Shown in pieces: positions 19,875 to 29,188 of a stretch of 41,050 nt of DNA (its first letter is position 1; the number at the start of each line of letters is the position of its first letter). The stretch lies in contig JAYZEG010000009.1 in the NCBI GenBank assembly GCA_036337435.1, positions 1 to 41,050 on the forward strand, in the 5' to 3' direction. Origin of the DNA: Myxococcota bacterium. GTDB taxonomy: Bacteria > Myxococcota_A > Bradymonadia > UBA7976 > UBA1532. The position numbers and the translations under genes were made by a program. The notes beneath the pieces were generated by a model. That model did not search any database. It was not told where the DNA came from and saw nothing but the letters and a program-made list of their open reading frames with translations.

Positions 19875-21377
19875 CTACGCCTTGTCTTTTTTTCGTGAGA
19901 ATATCTCGCGGTCGCGCTCCTCAATTCCCAGCAGTTTCAGTGTGATAGCGTAGAATGCCAGAGCGGCAATGAACAGGCCAATGCGTCCGGCGAAAGCCAG
20001 ATCCGGATGGGCATGAAAGCCATATATTGCCACGGCGATGGAGGGCATGATCGCAATCCACGGCTTGTATACTTGACCGACCAAAATACGTGCGCCCACA
20101 AGGTATCGTGCTTCCAGCAACTGGGCGATGCTGATCGCTGTCGCAGCCAGTGCCGTGGCATACGCTGCGCCCAGGATTCCGTATTTTGGAATCAACAAAT
20201 AGTTAAAGAGCAGGTTGAGGCCAGCCACAGAGACAGAATTGACGAGATTCCAAAGCGAGTGACCCGTCATCACGATGATGTTGCCAGCCAAGCCGACGGA
20301 ACAACTTAGGATAGGCGGAATCAGCAGCCAAAGCATGAACTGGGTATCATCGGTAAAGCTTCCATGGAAAAGCACGACCAACTCCCCGCTAAAAAACACC
20401 ACGAGAAGGGAGATCGGTAAGGCAAGTGTGGTTGTCCAACGGGAGACCATTGAAAACGACTCGTTCATGCTTTTTTTGTCATTTTTAGCGTGAAAACGCG
20501 CAATAACAGGCGCATAGGCACCGGAGAAGGCGAGCTTGACTTGACGTACATTACGCACGACTTGAGCACCCATTCCATAAAACCCAATGACCTCAGCTTT
20601 GAAACCGAAATAACCCAGCATGACCACATCGAGGTTGGTAATGAAAGTTGAGAAGGTCATGTTTAAATTTTGTGGAATTGCAAACCCGATCATGGGCTTA
20701 GAGAGCGTGAACGACTTGAATTGCTCGCCCAGTTTTTTAAACGAGAATTCGCGCTGAAAAATCCACAAAGAGACTGCGAAAAGTATGATCCAGGTCGCCA
20801 GATAGCACCAAGCCAGCGTGGTCACTGTAGGCGATATGAAATAGCCTACAATGGCCATCAGGACCAAGAGAACAGGCCGTAAAAATCCGTCAAGAATCGC
20901 TTCCCACTTCATGATGATTCGGGATTTGGTCGCAGCAATTACGACGATTGTGACCACCATGAAGGGCAGGGAGAGAACCATCAGTTCCAGAGCAGCGACC
21001 AAGGGCTGATTATTATAGTAGCTGTAGACAATCTCGCTCGCACCGAGCCTTGATGCCAAAACGAGGAGAACGGCGATAGCTAGGCTGATAACGAAGCCGT
21101 TGGCGAAAACTTGGTAGGTTTCGTTTTCCTTTTCAGAATCGTCGACGACGCGGGAGGCGAACATCAGTACGCCATCCTTGATACCACTCACAGTTAAGCT
21201 CGCGACGATCTCCAGAAAAATATAGGCGATGTAGAAGACACCAAGATTCTCGGCACCATACATTCGACCGATGAGGATAAAGAAAACAGGCAGCAGTGCT
21301 TTTCCAAGCGTCCCGAGAACGTTGACGCCTGCTCCTCGGGCGATGACCTTGCTGGTCTCTTTGTTGGTGGACGCCAT
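19875..21377 (-). CDS. polysaccharide flippase (Wzx/MOP family)
   Basis: 500 aa with roughly 12-14 hydrophobic helices and C-terminal LLIPKYGILGAAYAT. Start overlaps the GT stop (TAATG). Confidence 0.85.
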   Translation of the reverse strand: MASTNKETSKVIARGAGVNVLGTLGKALLPVFFILIGRMYGAENLGVFYIAYIFLEIVASLTVSGIKDGVLMFASRVVDDSEKENETYQVFANGFVISLAIAVLLVLASRLGASEIVYSYYNNQPLVAALELMVLSLPFMVVTIVVIAATKSRIIMKWEAILDGFLRPVLLVLMAIVGYFISPTVTTLAWCYLATWIILFAVSLWIFQREFSFKKLGEQFKSFTLSKPMIGFAIPQNLNMTFSTFITNLDVVMLGYFGFKAEVIGFYGMGAQVVRNVRQVKLAFSGAYAPVIARFHAKNDKKSMNESFSMVSRWTTTLALPISLLVVFFSGELVVLFHGSFTDDTQFMLWLLIPPILSCSVGLAGNIIVMTGHSLWNLVNSVSVAGLNLLFNYLLIPKYGILGAAYATALAATAISIAQLLEARYLVGARILVGQVYKPWIAIMPSIAVAIYGFHAHPDLAFAGRIGLFIAALAFYAITLKLLGIEERDREIFSRKKDKA

Positions 21378-22522
21378 TATTGGCCCGATTCAGAGACGAT
21401 CCCCTGACGTACCTCATCGTAATGTCGTTCAAGGACGTCGATGCGCTCTACAATATCGTATTCACGAACCATTTTTTCACGTGCTGCGCGCCCCATTTTT
21501 TCACGCAGTTCAGGATTTGTCATCAGTTGCCAGAGCCGTTGCCCCAGTGCTTCGCTGTCCCGTTCCGGAACCAGAAATCCAGTTTTTTGATCGTCGATGA
21601 TTTCTGGGATGCCGCCATGGTAAGTGCCGATGACTGGGACGTATCTTGCACCGGCCTCTTTCGCGACCAAAATCCCCGACTCTCGGTCACCATTGGCTGC
21701 GATGACGCTTGGACACATTAAGACGTCCATACCTTCCATCAAGGCGAGCACGTCTGGGTGAGACAGGACACCATGGAATTGGACCCGGTCGGCCATGTCA
21801 AAGTGCCGAATGACCGCATCGTAGTCCGGGCGAAGTTCACCATCTCCAACCAGGTGCAAGGTGGCGTCAACACCTTGTTGGAGCAATTTTCCAAATGCTT
21901 CTAGACCGTAGATGTGGCCCTTTTTCTCGGTGAATCGACCCACCATCACGATGTTTTGCCCACTTCGTTCTGGGATGGTGTTGAGTTCTGGAATGAACAC
22001 ACCAAGACGCCAAACTTTGACTTTTTCAGGTGGTGCCCCCAGCTCGATGAGTAGGTCATGTAATTCGTTAGACGCTGCCAAAAACCGGTTCACATTGCGA
22101 AACATGGATTTTGAACGAAGCCAGTAGCGCCAATAAGACGGATGGAAACGGCGTGATGTCATCAATAAGGGAACGTCGTATCCATGATAGGTCACAACAA
22201 GGGGTAATTTTGTAGCCCTTTGGTAGGGCAGGGCATAGATGCTACCTGGTCCGAAATGAGCGTGAATGAGGTCAAAGTCTCCGTCTTTGAGACGCTTCAT
22301 ATACTGGCGACTGTAGGTCGTCACTCCGTACACCGCAGCTGGTAGTCGGCCGTTGACCGTATGGACAGGTTCAAAGGGAAAGGCATCATGATTGGAGCGT
22401 ACCCGCGAAAACACCTCAATGTCATAGCGAGTGTGCAAGCGCGCTTCATCGTAGATAAAGGTCTGAGAATAAGCACCGAACTGCGTCGCGAACAGGGCCG
22501 CGCGGGGTCTTCTTTCAGACAT
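21377..22522 (-). CDS. glycosyltransferase family 4 (WcaL-like)
   Basis: SQTFI, IHAHFG, YHGYD, VGRFTEKKG, E-x7-E (ESGILVAKE), HGGIPE; SD GAGGAG before 22522. Confidence 0.9.
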   Translation of the reverse strand: MSERRPRAALFATQFGAYSQTFIYDEARLHTRYDIEVFSRVRSNHDAFPFEPVHTVNGRLPAAVYGVTTYSRQYMKRLKDGDFDLIHAHFGPGSIYALPYQRATKLPLVVTYHGYDVPLLMTSRRFHPSYWRYWLRSKSMFRNVNRFLAASNELHDLLIELGAPPEKVKVWRLGVFIPELNTIPERSGQNIVMVGRFTEKKGHIYGLEAFGKLLQQGVDATLHLVGDGELRPDYDAVIRHFDMADRVQFHGVLSHPDVLALMEGMDVLMCPSVIAANGDRESGILVAKEAGARYVPVIGTYHGGIPEIIDDQKTGFLVPERDSEALGQRLWQLMTNPELREKMGRAAREKMVREYDIVERIDVLERHYDEVRQGIVSESGQ

Positions 22523-22592
22523 TGTCTTGCTCCTCATCCTCAAATACGACCAGTGCCTGCAGGACGCCGGTCATCGGCGATTGGGCCGACAA

Positions 22593-23327
22593 TTAATCGT
22601 TTGACTGAAAACGCGAGAGAACGGCAGTTCGTGCGGATTCGTAGTCTTCCTGAAAGTCAATTTCTACGCAAGGCAGGTCCGTGACATCAACCATGTGGAA
22701 GGCGTGTTCTGCTGCCATATCAGCCAGGGCTGCCTCAAAATACACATTGCGATGTCCCTCGACTTTAAGACGCTCAAGTGCTTTGAACAAATACGAGGTC
22801 ACCGTTGCGTTAAACCGTGCAACCCCGATGAACTCGCCCTCGCATCGAGCAGGATCTAATTCTTTGCCGATTTCATGAATTCGCCCGGCATCATCAACGA
22901 CAACTTTAACCTCTTCGTCCCCACATGGCTTGCATTCAACTGCGAGCGCGGTGCCATGGGGCGATGCCATCACCCGCTCGAGTAAACGCGGTTCGAATAA
23001 CACATCGCCATTCAAGTAGATGAAATTTCGGTCGACAAACTCCTGGCCGGCAATCCAAAGGGAGTAGGCCGTATTTGTATCAAAGAAAAAGTGGTTGATG
23101 AGATAGCTGAATTCGATGTCTGGGTAATGGGTCTCCGCGTACTCTTTAATCTGTTCGCGACGATAGCCAACGACCAAGCATACTTTTTTGACACCAACCG
23201 ACAGGAGAGCCTGCATTTGATAATCGAAGATCGTCTGTCCACCAATTTCCATCAAACATTTCGGGCGGAACTCGGTGAGTGGAAATAGACGGCGAGAAAC
23301 GCCTGCCACCAGAATGACTGCTTGCAT
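22593..23327 (-). CDS. phosphocholine cytidylyltransferase-family (LicC-like) nucleotidyltransferase
   Basis: AVILVAGVSRRL, RPKCL, NTAYSL, NGDVLF, EEVKV, GEFIG, EIDFQED. Confidence 0.85.
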   Translation of the reverse strand: MQAVILVAGVSRRLFPLTEFRPKCLMEIGGQTIFDYQMQALLSVGVKKVCLVVGYRREQIKEYAETHYPDIEFSYLINHFFFDTNTAYSLWIAGQEFVDRNFIYLNGDVLFEPRLLERVMASPHGTALAVECKPCGDEEVKVVVDDAGRIHEIGKELDPARCEGEFIGVARFNATVTSYLFKALERLKVEGHRNVYFEAALADMAAEHAFHMVDVTDLPCVEIDFQEDYESARTAVLSRFQSND

Positions 23328-23434
23328 GATAACCTTCTCGGCAACTATCGATTCTTAGTCGGACATGGTATTCATCAACGACTAAATTGCAACCATTGAT
23401 CCACTTTGTCCTTCAAGAATACGGAATCGTCCCC

Positions 23435-24565
23435 ATGAAAGGTGTCTTAAACGGCTTACTCTGGTTCGCCAGCTGGGTTTTGGGGAAACTCATTCCGAAA
23501 AAAAAAGGGCTTTTCATTTTCGGTGGGCGGCAGTACGGCGGTAACACAGCACCCCTTTTTGAACGCAGCAGTGACTTCGAGTTGGACGGGTATTGGCTGA
23601 CTGGTCGTGACGATGTGTTATCCATGGGTCTCGATCGTTGTTATTCGACCCGGTCATTTCGTGGATTGATGTTGGTCTTACGCGCTGAAGCCGTCGTGCT
23701 GACTCATTCATTGGGAGATTTTAGCCCACTGACATTTTCTAGTCGCAGGACTCGGATCATCAATGTTTGGCACGGTATGCCCATCAAGCGTATTTCCACC
23801 GCTGACCCGCAGTTCATGGAACGAAAGCATGCACGTTCGAATCTTCGCGAGATGGCTCGGTTCGAGTGCATGGTCGCCACATCCAGCGAGATGGCCGCTT
23901 TGTTCTCACACACTTTTCGGCTTAAATCCCACCAGGTGCATATTACCGGGCAACCGAGGACGGATCTCCTATTTGGTGGACAGGTTCGGGATATCGCTGC
24001 TGCTTATACGCCCGCTTTACCTGCTCATTCGAAACGGATCCTGTATTGCCCGACATGGCGTGAAAACACGGCAGTCAAGCTCTTCCCATTTGCAGACTAC
24101 GACTTGCATGCAATCAATCAGCGCCTCGAAGAGCTAGATGCGATTATCTATATTCGAACGCATCCAAATGATCCGGGTCGATGGCAAGCTCGCTCTGGGC
24201 GCGTCGTGCCGATGCAGAGCGATGTTGCGCCCGAAGTGACGGATGTTTTGCCACAATTCAATGTCTTGGTAACGGACTATTCGAGTGTTTATTACGATTA
24301 TCTACTCTTGAACAGACCAACGGTTTTTCTGCCTTATGACCTAAACGCGTACGCTAAAGCTCCAGGGTTCTATCTACCGTTTGAACGAATCGCGCCCGGT
24401 CATCATCCGGAGACACAGAATGGGTTTCTTGATGCTCTCGAAAAAGCCCTGTCCGAACCCGAAAAAATTATGGAATCCCAACGTGTTGTTGCCGACTTGG
24501 TTCACAAGTACAAGGATGGTCTCGCGACCGAACGCCTTCTCAACGTGCTGTCCAACGGGTCTTGA
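23435..24565 (+). CDS. CDP-glycerol:glycerophosphate transferase family (TagB/TagF-like)
   Basis: NVWHGMPIK, TGQPRTD, ILYCPTWR, HP, VTDYSSVYYDY. Confidence 0.9.
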   Translation: MKGVLNGLLWFASWVLGKLIPKKKGLFIFGGRQYGGNTAPLFERSSDFELDGYWLTGRDDVLSMGLDRCYSTRSFRGLMLVLRAEAVVLTHSLGDFSPLTFSSRRTRIINVWHGMPIKRISTADPQFMERKHARSNLREMARFECMVATSSEMAALFSHTFRLKSHQVHITGQPRTDLLFGGQVRDIAAAYTPALPAHSKRILYCPTWRENTAVKLFPFADYDLHAINQRLEELDAIIYIRTHPNDPGRWQARSGRVVPMQSDVAPEVTDVLPQFNVLVTDYSSVYYDYLLLNRPTVFLPYDLNAYAKAPGFYLPFERIAPGHHPETQNGFLDALEKALSEPEKIMESQRVVADLVHKYKDGLATERLLNVLSNGS

Positions 24566-24615
24566 CGTGACGAGCGCCATCGCAGCAAGCGAGAACTGAA
24601 GTAGACGTCCTCCGG

Positions 24616-24678
24616 TTCCCCGTGCCGGAGCGGGGAAGGGCCGGTGCCAAACAAGCTCACTTTGCCTTGTTTGGCACC
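24616..24678. terminator. two tandem hairpins between convergent genes
   Basis: TTCCCCG-N8-CGGGGAA, then a perfect 13-bp stem GGTGCCAAACAAG-N10-CTTGTTTGGCACC (24643-24678). Confidence 0.55.
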
Positions 24679-24688
24679 CAGCTGACGC

Positions 24689-25573
24689 TTAGGCGACGTC
24701 CAATGAATCATCCTCGGGCTTCATTTGAGTTGAGGAGAGTGCCATTCCGAGAACACCCGGGTCGATCGAGTGCCCCATGCCGCTTGGGATGACCATGAGC
24801 GCGCCCTTTTCTTTTATCGACTCATAGGTCATGTTCATGGCTCTCAACTGCATGGCCGTTGGGTTATTCGCATAGGTCTCCGCTGCATTTTGCATTTCGT
24901 CGGCTACGCGCTTCTCGGCTTGCGCTAAGATAATGCGAGCTTCTTTCTCGCGATCGGCCTGCGCTTTTCGACTCATTGCGTCCTCCAGTGCAGCAGGGAT
25001 GACAACGTCCCGGATTTCCACTGATTGGACTGTAACGCCCCACTCACTTGTCTTGGCATCGATGGTCGCTTGCAACTCTTTATCGAGTTGCTCGCGGTCT
25101 GAAATCATGCGTGTAAATTCACTTCGACCGATGACGTCGCGTAGCGTGGTCTGGGCGGCCCAGCGAACGGTACTTTGGAATTCTTCGACCTCCAAGACGG
25201 CTTTTTCAGCATCGGTTACGACCCAAAATAAGACGGCATCAACGTTGACAGGGACCGTATCCTTGGTCAGGGCACTCTCGGCTGTAAAAGGCGTTGACCG
25301 GACACGCATGTCAACATCAGCGACGATGGTGTCCACAAACGGGATCACCCATGAAATGCCAGGTTTTAACGTGCGTCGATACTGACCCAATCGGAGGAGA
25401 ATGGAGCGTTCCCATTCGTTTACCATTCGAGGTGAGTATGCGAAAAGACCACCGACAAGAGCGATGGGTATAGCGAGTTTTGGCCCCACGAATATATTTG
25501 CTGCAAGGAATGCAACGGATGTGAAAAAGGAAATGATTAAAGAAACAATATTAACGTTGAGTCGCATATGCAT
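24689..25573 (-). CDS. SPFH/band-7 (slipin/stomatin-like) membrane protein
   Basis: N-terminal TM hairpin, LRLG, PG..PF.D, LTKDTVPVNVDAV, AQTTLRDVIG, WGVTVQSVEIRDV, AMSRKAQA. Start coupled to the GntR stop (TGATG; GTG 25576 is an alternative). Confidence 0.92.
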   Translation of the reverse strand: MHMRLNVNIVSLIISFFTSVAFLAANIFVGPKLAIPIALVGGLFAYSPRMVNEWERSILLRLGQYRRTLKPGISWVIPFVDTIVADVDMRVRSTPFTAESALTKDTVPVNVDAVLFWVVTDAEKAVLEVEEFQSTVRWAAQTTLRDVIGRSEFTRMISDREQLDKELQATIDAKTSEWGVTVQSVEIRDVVIPAALEDAMSRKAQADREKEARIILAQAEKRVADEMQNAAETYANNPTAMQLRAMNMTYESIKEKGALMVIPSGMGHSIDPGVLGMALSSTQMKPEDDSLDVA

Positions 25574-25959
25574 CACTCAATCTCCTTCCAACGAGCCTGA
25601 ACGAACATGGCTAACTCAGCCTTTGTCATTCCGGCGGTTTTTGCCAATTTCGCAACCTCGAGAACCTTTTCCTCGAGACGCTTAAAATCGTGATTGCTCA
25701 AGCACTGTCCGGCCGACTCAGCGACGAAGGTTCCAACGCCTCGTTCGAGTCGGAGTACACCCTCCGCCTGAAGGTCTCGATATACGCGGGCCACTGTGTT
25801 GGCGTTAATCCTCAAAGTCACAGCTAACCCCCGGACGGTGGGGAGTGCATCGCCCGGTCTGAGACTGCCCTTATGCACCAGCAGCCTAATTCGCTCTTCC
25901 AGCTGGATGTAGAACGGGATTCCGGATTCCTTGTCGATGCTGTTCCATAAATTTTCCAT
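25573..25959 (-). CDS. GntR-family regulator, YtrA subfamily
   Basis: 128 aa; PFYIQL, LPTVRGLA, NTVARVYRDL, RGVGTFV and a short helical C-terminus. Confidence 0.92.
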   Translation of the reverse strand: MENLWNSIDKESGIPFYIQLEERIRLLVHKGSLRPGDALPTVRGLAVTLRINANTVARVYRDLQAEGVLRLERGVGTFVAESAGQCLSNHDFKRLEEKVLEVAKLAKTAGMTKAELAMFVQARWKEIE

Positions 25960-25981
25960 GTTAAACTGACCATTGTGTAAT

Positions 25982-26005
25982 ATTGTACTATGTCAATAGC
26001 ACAAT
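25982..26005. promoter_or_regulatory. YtrA-type GntR operator palindrome
   Basis: ATTGTACTAT-GTCA-ATAGCACAAT (10-bp arms, one mismatch), 22 nt upstream of the GntR start. The minus strand contains TTGACA. Confidence 0.75.
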
Positions 26006-26214
26006 TGTGTTTTTTAAAAATAAATCTTTTCCAATGTCCACCTGGACGTGGATCGCTTGAGGGGAACTCTGTGCACAAGATTTGTTTCTGGGGTTTTGAT
26101 CCGATGTCCGCTTAACGAGATAATTTAACTGTCGGACAAACATACCCAGGAGGTCTCTAAGGCTGGCCTAAAACTGTCGTACAGAGAGCGAGTCGCCTGG
26201 CGTATTTCGTCTGG

Positions 26215-26841
26215 TTATCTGCGTAGACTCAAGGTGCGAGAGAACGCGTAGCCCACGACCATCCACGCCCAGACACTGGTGTACAGAAAGCCGATCCCCA
26301 AGCCCAATAGACCGACAAAAGAGGCGATGATTGCGCTCAGAGCAATGAGCCAAGCCCACAGGTAGTCCTTGCCACCGTCCAAAGCACGCGCGAAGGCTCG
26401 GTCGGGTCGATATAAATAGCTGATGTCACGAAAGGCTGCATTGTAGGTCATTCCACCGGGTAGGATGTAGATTGCCAGTAGGAACAATGGCACCGCCATA
26501 AACCAAAGTGCTTCAATGCCCTCTGCGTAGGCGAGGAATGCGCAAATCAGGGAGGGGGCCAAATAGACGAGGATCGCTAAAACCGCCTGCAGACCGCGCC
26601 TCATGGTGTGTCCGTAGGGTTTAAAACCCCGATAATATGGTGTCTGATCGTGATAGAGTCTGTAGATCACATCGAGCCGGTGACCGAGATTCAGAATCCA
26701 GCCCAGTGGGAGAATGATAAGAGATGTCCCCCCGATGATTAGGTCGCGCCGCGCTTCAGGCGTGGATACGGGAAACCAAAAACTCTCTTTGAGTGTGGGC
26801 GAATTCGCACCACCGATTGTAGTTTGGTGTCGCGATGTCAT
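26215..26841 (-). CDS. membrane protein, DUF4013-like
   Basis: About 4 TM segments; IILPLGWILNLG and LAILVYLAP resemble DUF4013. Confidence 0.65.
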   Translation of the reverse strand: MTSRHQTTIGGANSPTLKESFWFPVSTPEARRDLIIGGTSLIILPLGWILNLGHRLDVIYRLYHDQTPYYRGFKPYGHTMRRGLQAVLAILVYLAPSLICAFLAYAEGIEALWFMAVPLFLLAIYILPGGMTYNAAFRDISYLYRPDRAFARALDGGKDYLWAWLIALSAIIASFVGLLGLGIGFLYTSVWAWMVVGYAFSRTLSLRR

Positions 26842-27402
26842 TCTTTAAAGCAACCTCATGAGATCATGATGCCCCATCCGACCCTGATCATCCAGCGTCC
26901 AGTCATCTTGTCAGAGTGCCCCCTCTTGATTCGATGTGTATCCAATGAGTTTCGGATCGCCATGGCCTGCCAGTCTGAGTGGGCGCGATTTGACTCTTCG
27001 GATGTCACGCTGTGCCCCGGGTCATTAAAAAAATGTTCTTCGATCCCGTATTCCCAGTCGTCGATTGCGATTTGATTGCGATGTGCTGTTTTGCAATGAT
27101 TTCAGTCTCTGCCAAATGAGCTTACTTAGACTGCAGCTGAAGCCGATGAAAATTTGATGGACTTATCGCGTCCATGGCAACGGGGATTAAACGACCCCCT
27201 AGGATCTGACCGTTGAATGGATTCAGAGGCTGAGTGCTGAGCGTCGATTGCATCCACTGCGTGTCACCTTCGCAAGCCATCGATATGGTCTGATTCATCC
27301 TTGCAAAGAATCAGGCGAACTTTTTATGCTTGGGCTACTTATTTCACAGAATTGGACCCATTCCATGGTCTGTTGGTTCGACGATTCCGGAGTTAGAGAT
27401 CC

Positions 27403-29016
27403 ATGAAACAAATCTGCGGTGCCTTGCTCTTCGTCGTCACGATGAGTGTATGTTTGAACGCCTGTGGAGTCACTCAATCAGACGCGCCTGACGAGGTAGG
27501 TTCGGACTCATCGATGCCTTGCGCAGACGGAACTCGAGTGCCATGTGGCCATGACGGCGATGTTGGGGCTGGTCTCGAAGTCGAGTCCGGTACGACGTCG
27601 AATCCTGTCGATTTAGGGATTGTCGATACCGATGGACAGGCCGGTTCAATGGATTCAGGGTCTGGCGGGGCCGACGATCGAGATGCCGGAGGGGATGACA
27701 CGGCGGATACGGGTGTCGCTGGAGGCAATTCATTGGCTCTCAATCTCGACCTCCGATGCGCGGTCTCACCGGTGACGACGGTGCGGCTCGTTGGTCCCTT
27801 GTGGAATAATTGGGATCCAAATTCGGGGCCGGTCGCATCGGATGCAGATGGGAACGGCATTTGGAGTGTGACGTTTGAACCGGCACCTGTACAAGATTTG
27901 GAATACCTCTGGAACGTCGATGGGGTGTACGAGAGATTGCTGGGCTCCGGTGCCTGTGCGCCGCGGACTGATGGAGTCAACTATGCTAATCGCATTTGGC
28001 CGACGAGCGAAGGGAGCAGGACCGACACGTACAACACGTGTGATGCTTGCGATGGGGGTATGGGTGCTGGCGACAGCTTGCCGCGGATTACCGTCGAGGG
28101 TCGGCGCATCCTTGTTGATGGCATCCCGTTTCATATGAAAGGTGTCAATTGGAACCCTGTTCCTCGCGGGCAGGTTCATCCAGCAGGCCTAGACTACGCC
28201 GGACTCGTCGGTCGCGATGCCCCACTGATGGAAGCGGCGGGCATTAATGTTGTCCGGACCTACGAGACGATTCTGGATCAGGCTGTCCTCGATGCATTCT
28301 GGGCGCGCGGCATTTACGTCATGAGCACGGTTTATGCTTGGGGTGGGGCACCTGTCGACAGTGTCATTGCGAAAGTGATGGCTACTCGGGAACACCCCGC
28401 GATTCTGATGTGGGCGGTTGGCAACGAATGGAATTATAACGGCCTCTACAACGGCATGAATACGGACCAGTCCATCCAACGGCTCAACGATGTGATTCGT
28501 CTTGTCAAAGAGACCGACCCAACGCGGCCCGTCGTCACGGTTTACGGAGACGTGCCTAGCCGAGAGATACTCGCGCGCATGCCGGGCGTGGATGTTTGGG
28601 GGCTTAACGTGTACCGGGGACTTGGGTTTGGCGACCTGTTTGATGCGTTTGCATCGCGTTCTGAGAAACCGATGTTCTTGGGCGAGTACGGTGCTGATGC
28701 GTACAACGCCATTACGAATGCTGAAGACCAAACTGCGCAAGCCGAGGCAACCCGCGTGCTGACCCAGCTCATTATCGATGAGAGCACAATCAATGGCGGG
28801 CCATGTAGTGGTGGCCTACTCTTCGAATGGGCAGACGAATGGTGGAAAGCAGCAGGTGATCCGAATGTTCATGATACCGGTGGGGTAGCACCAGGTGGTG
28901 GGCCGCATCCGGATGGTGTGTTCAATGAAGAGTGGTGGGGCATTCTAGAAATCGATGGCACGCCAAGAGATGCCTATCGAGTCTTTCGAGATATGCCGGT
29001 GCCTCGCGCGAACTGA
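27403..29016 (+). CDS. clan GH-A glycoside hydrolase (GH2-like TIM barrel) lipoprotein with N-terminal E-set/CBM48-like domain
   Basis: Lipobox LNAC, acidic tether, WNNWDP...DADGNGIWSVT...YLWNVDG, then KGVNW, GINVVRTY, WAVGNE (acid/base), GEYG (nucleophile), FEWADEWWK. Confidence 0.85.
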   Translation: MKQICGALLFVVTMSVCLNACGVTQSDAPDEVGSDSSMPCADGTRVPCGHDGDVGAGLEVESGTTSNPVDLGIVDTDGQAGSMDSGSGGADDRDAGGDDTADTGVAGGNSLALNLDLRCAVSPVTTVRLVGPLWNNWDPNSGPVASDADGNGIWSVTFEPAPVQDLEYLWNVDGVYERLLGSGACAPRTDGVNYANRIWPTSEGSRTDTYNTCDACDGGMGAGDSLPRITVEGRRILVDGIPFHMKGVNWNPVPRGQVHPAGLDYAGLVGRDAPLMEAAGINVVRTYETILDQAVLDAFWARGIYVMSTVYAWGGAPVDSVIAKVMATREHPAILMWAVGNEWNYNGLYNGMNTDQSIQRLNDVIRLVKETDPTRPVVTVYGDVPSREILARMPGVDVWGLNVYRGLGFGDLFDAFASRSEKPMFLGEYGADAYNAITNAEDQTAQAEATRVLTQLIIDESTINGGPCSGGLLFEWADEWWKAAGDPNVHDTGGVAPGGGPHPDGVFNEEWWGILEIDGTPRDAYRVFRDMPVPRAN

Positions 29017-29188
29017 CTCCCACTGCCGCGGGTTTTCCAGACGGGGGCAATTAGACAACGAGGCCGACTGGTCCCCCCGACTCATGGTTTATCGGAGTTG
29101 GGTCCACACTCACGAAACAATCACTTGGCAACCGCTAAAAATACACCCTATGCTTCATCGATAGCATTCAAATGCAAGGAGGTGCTCG

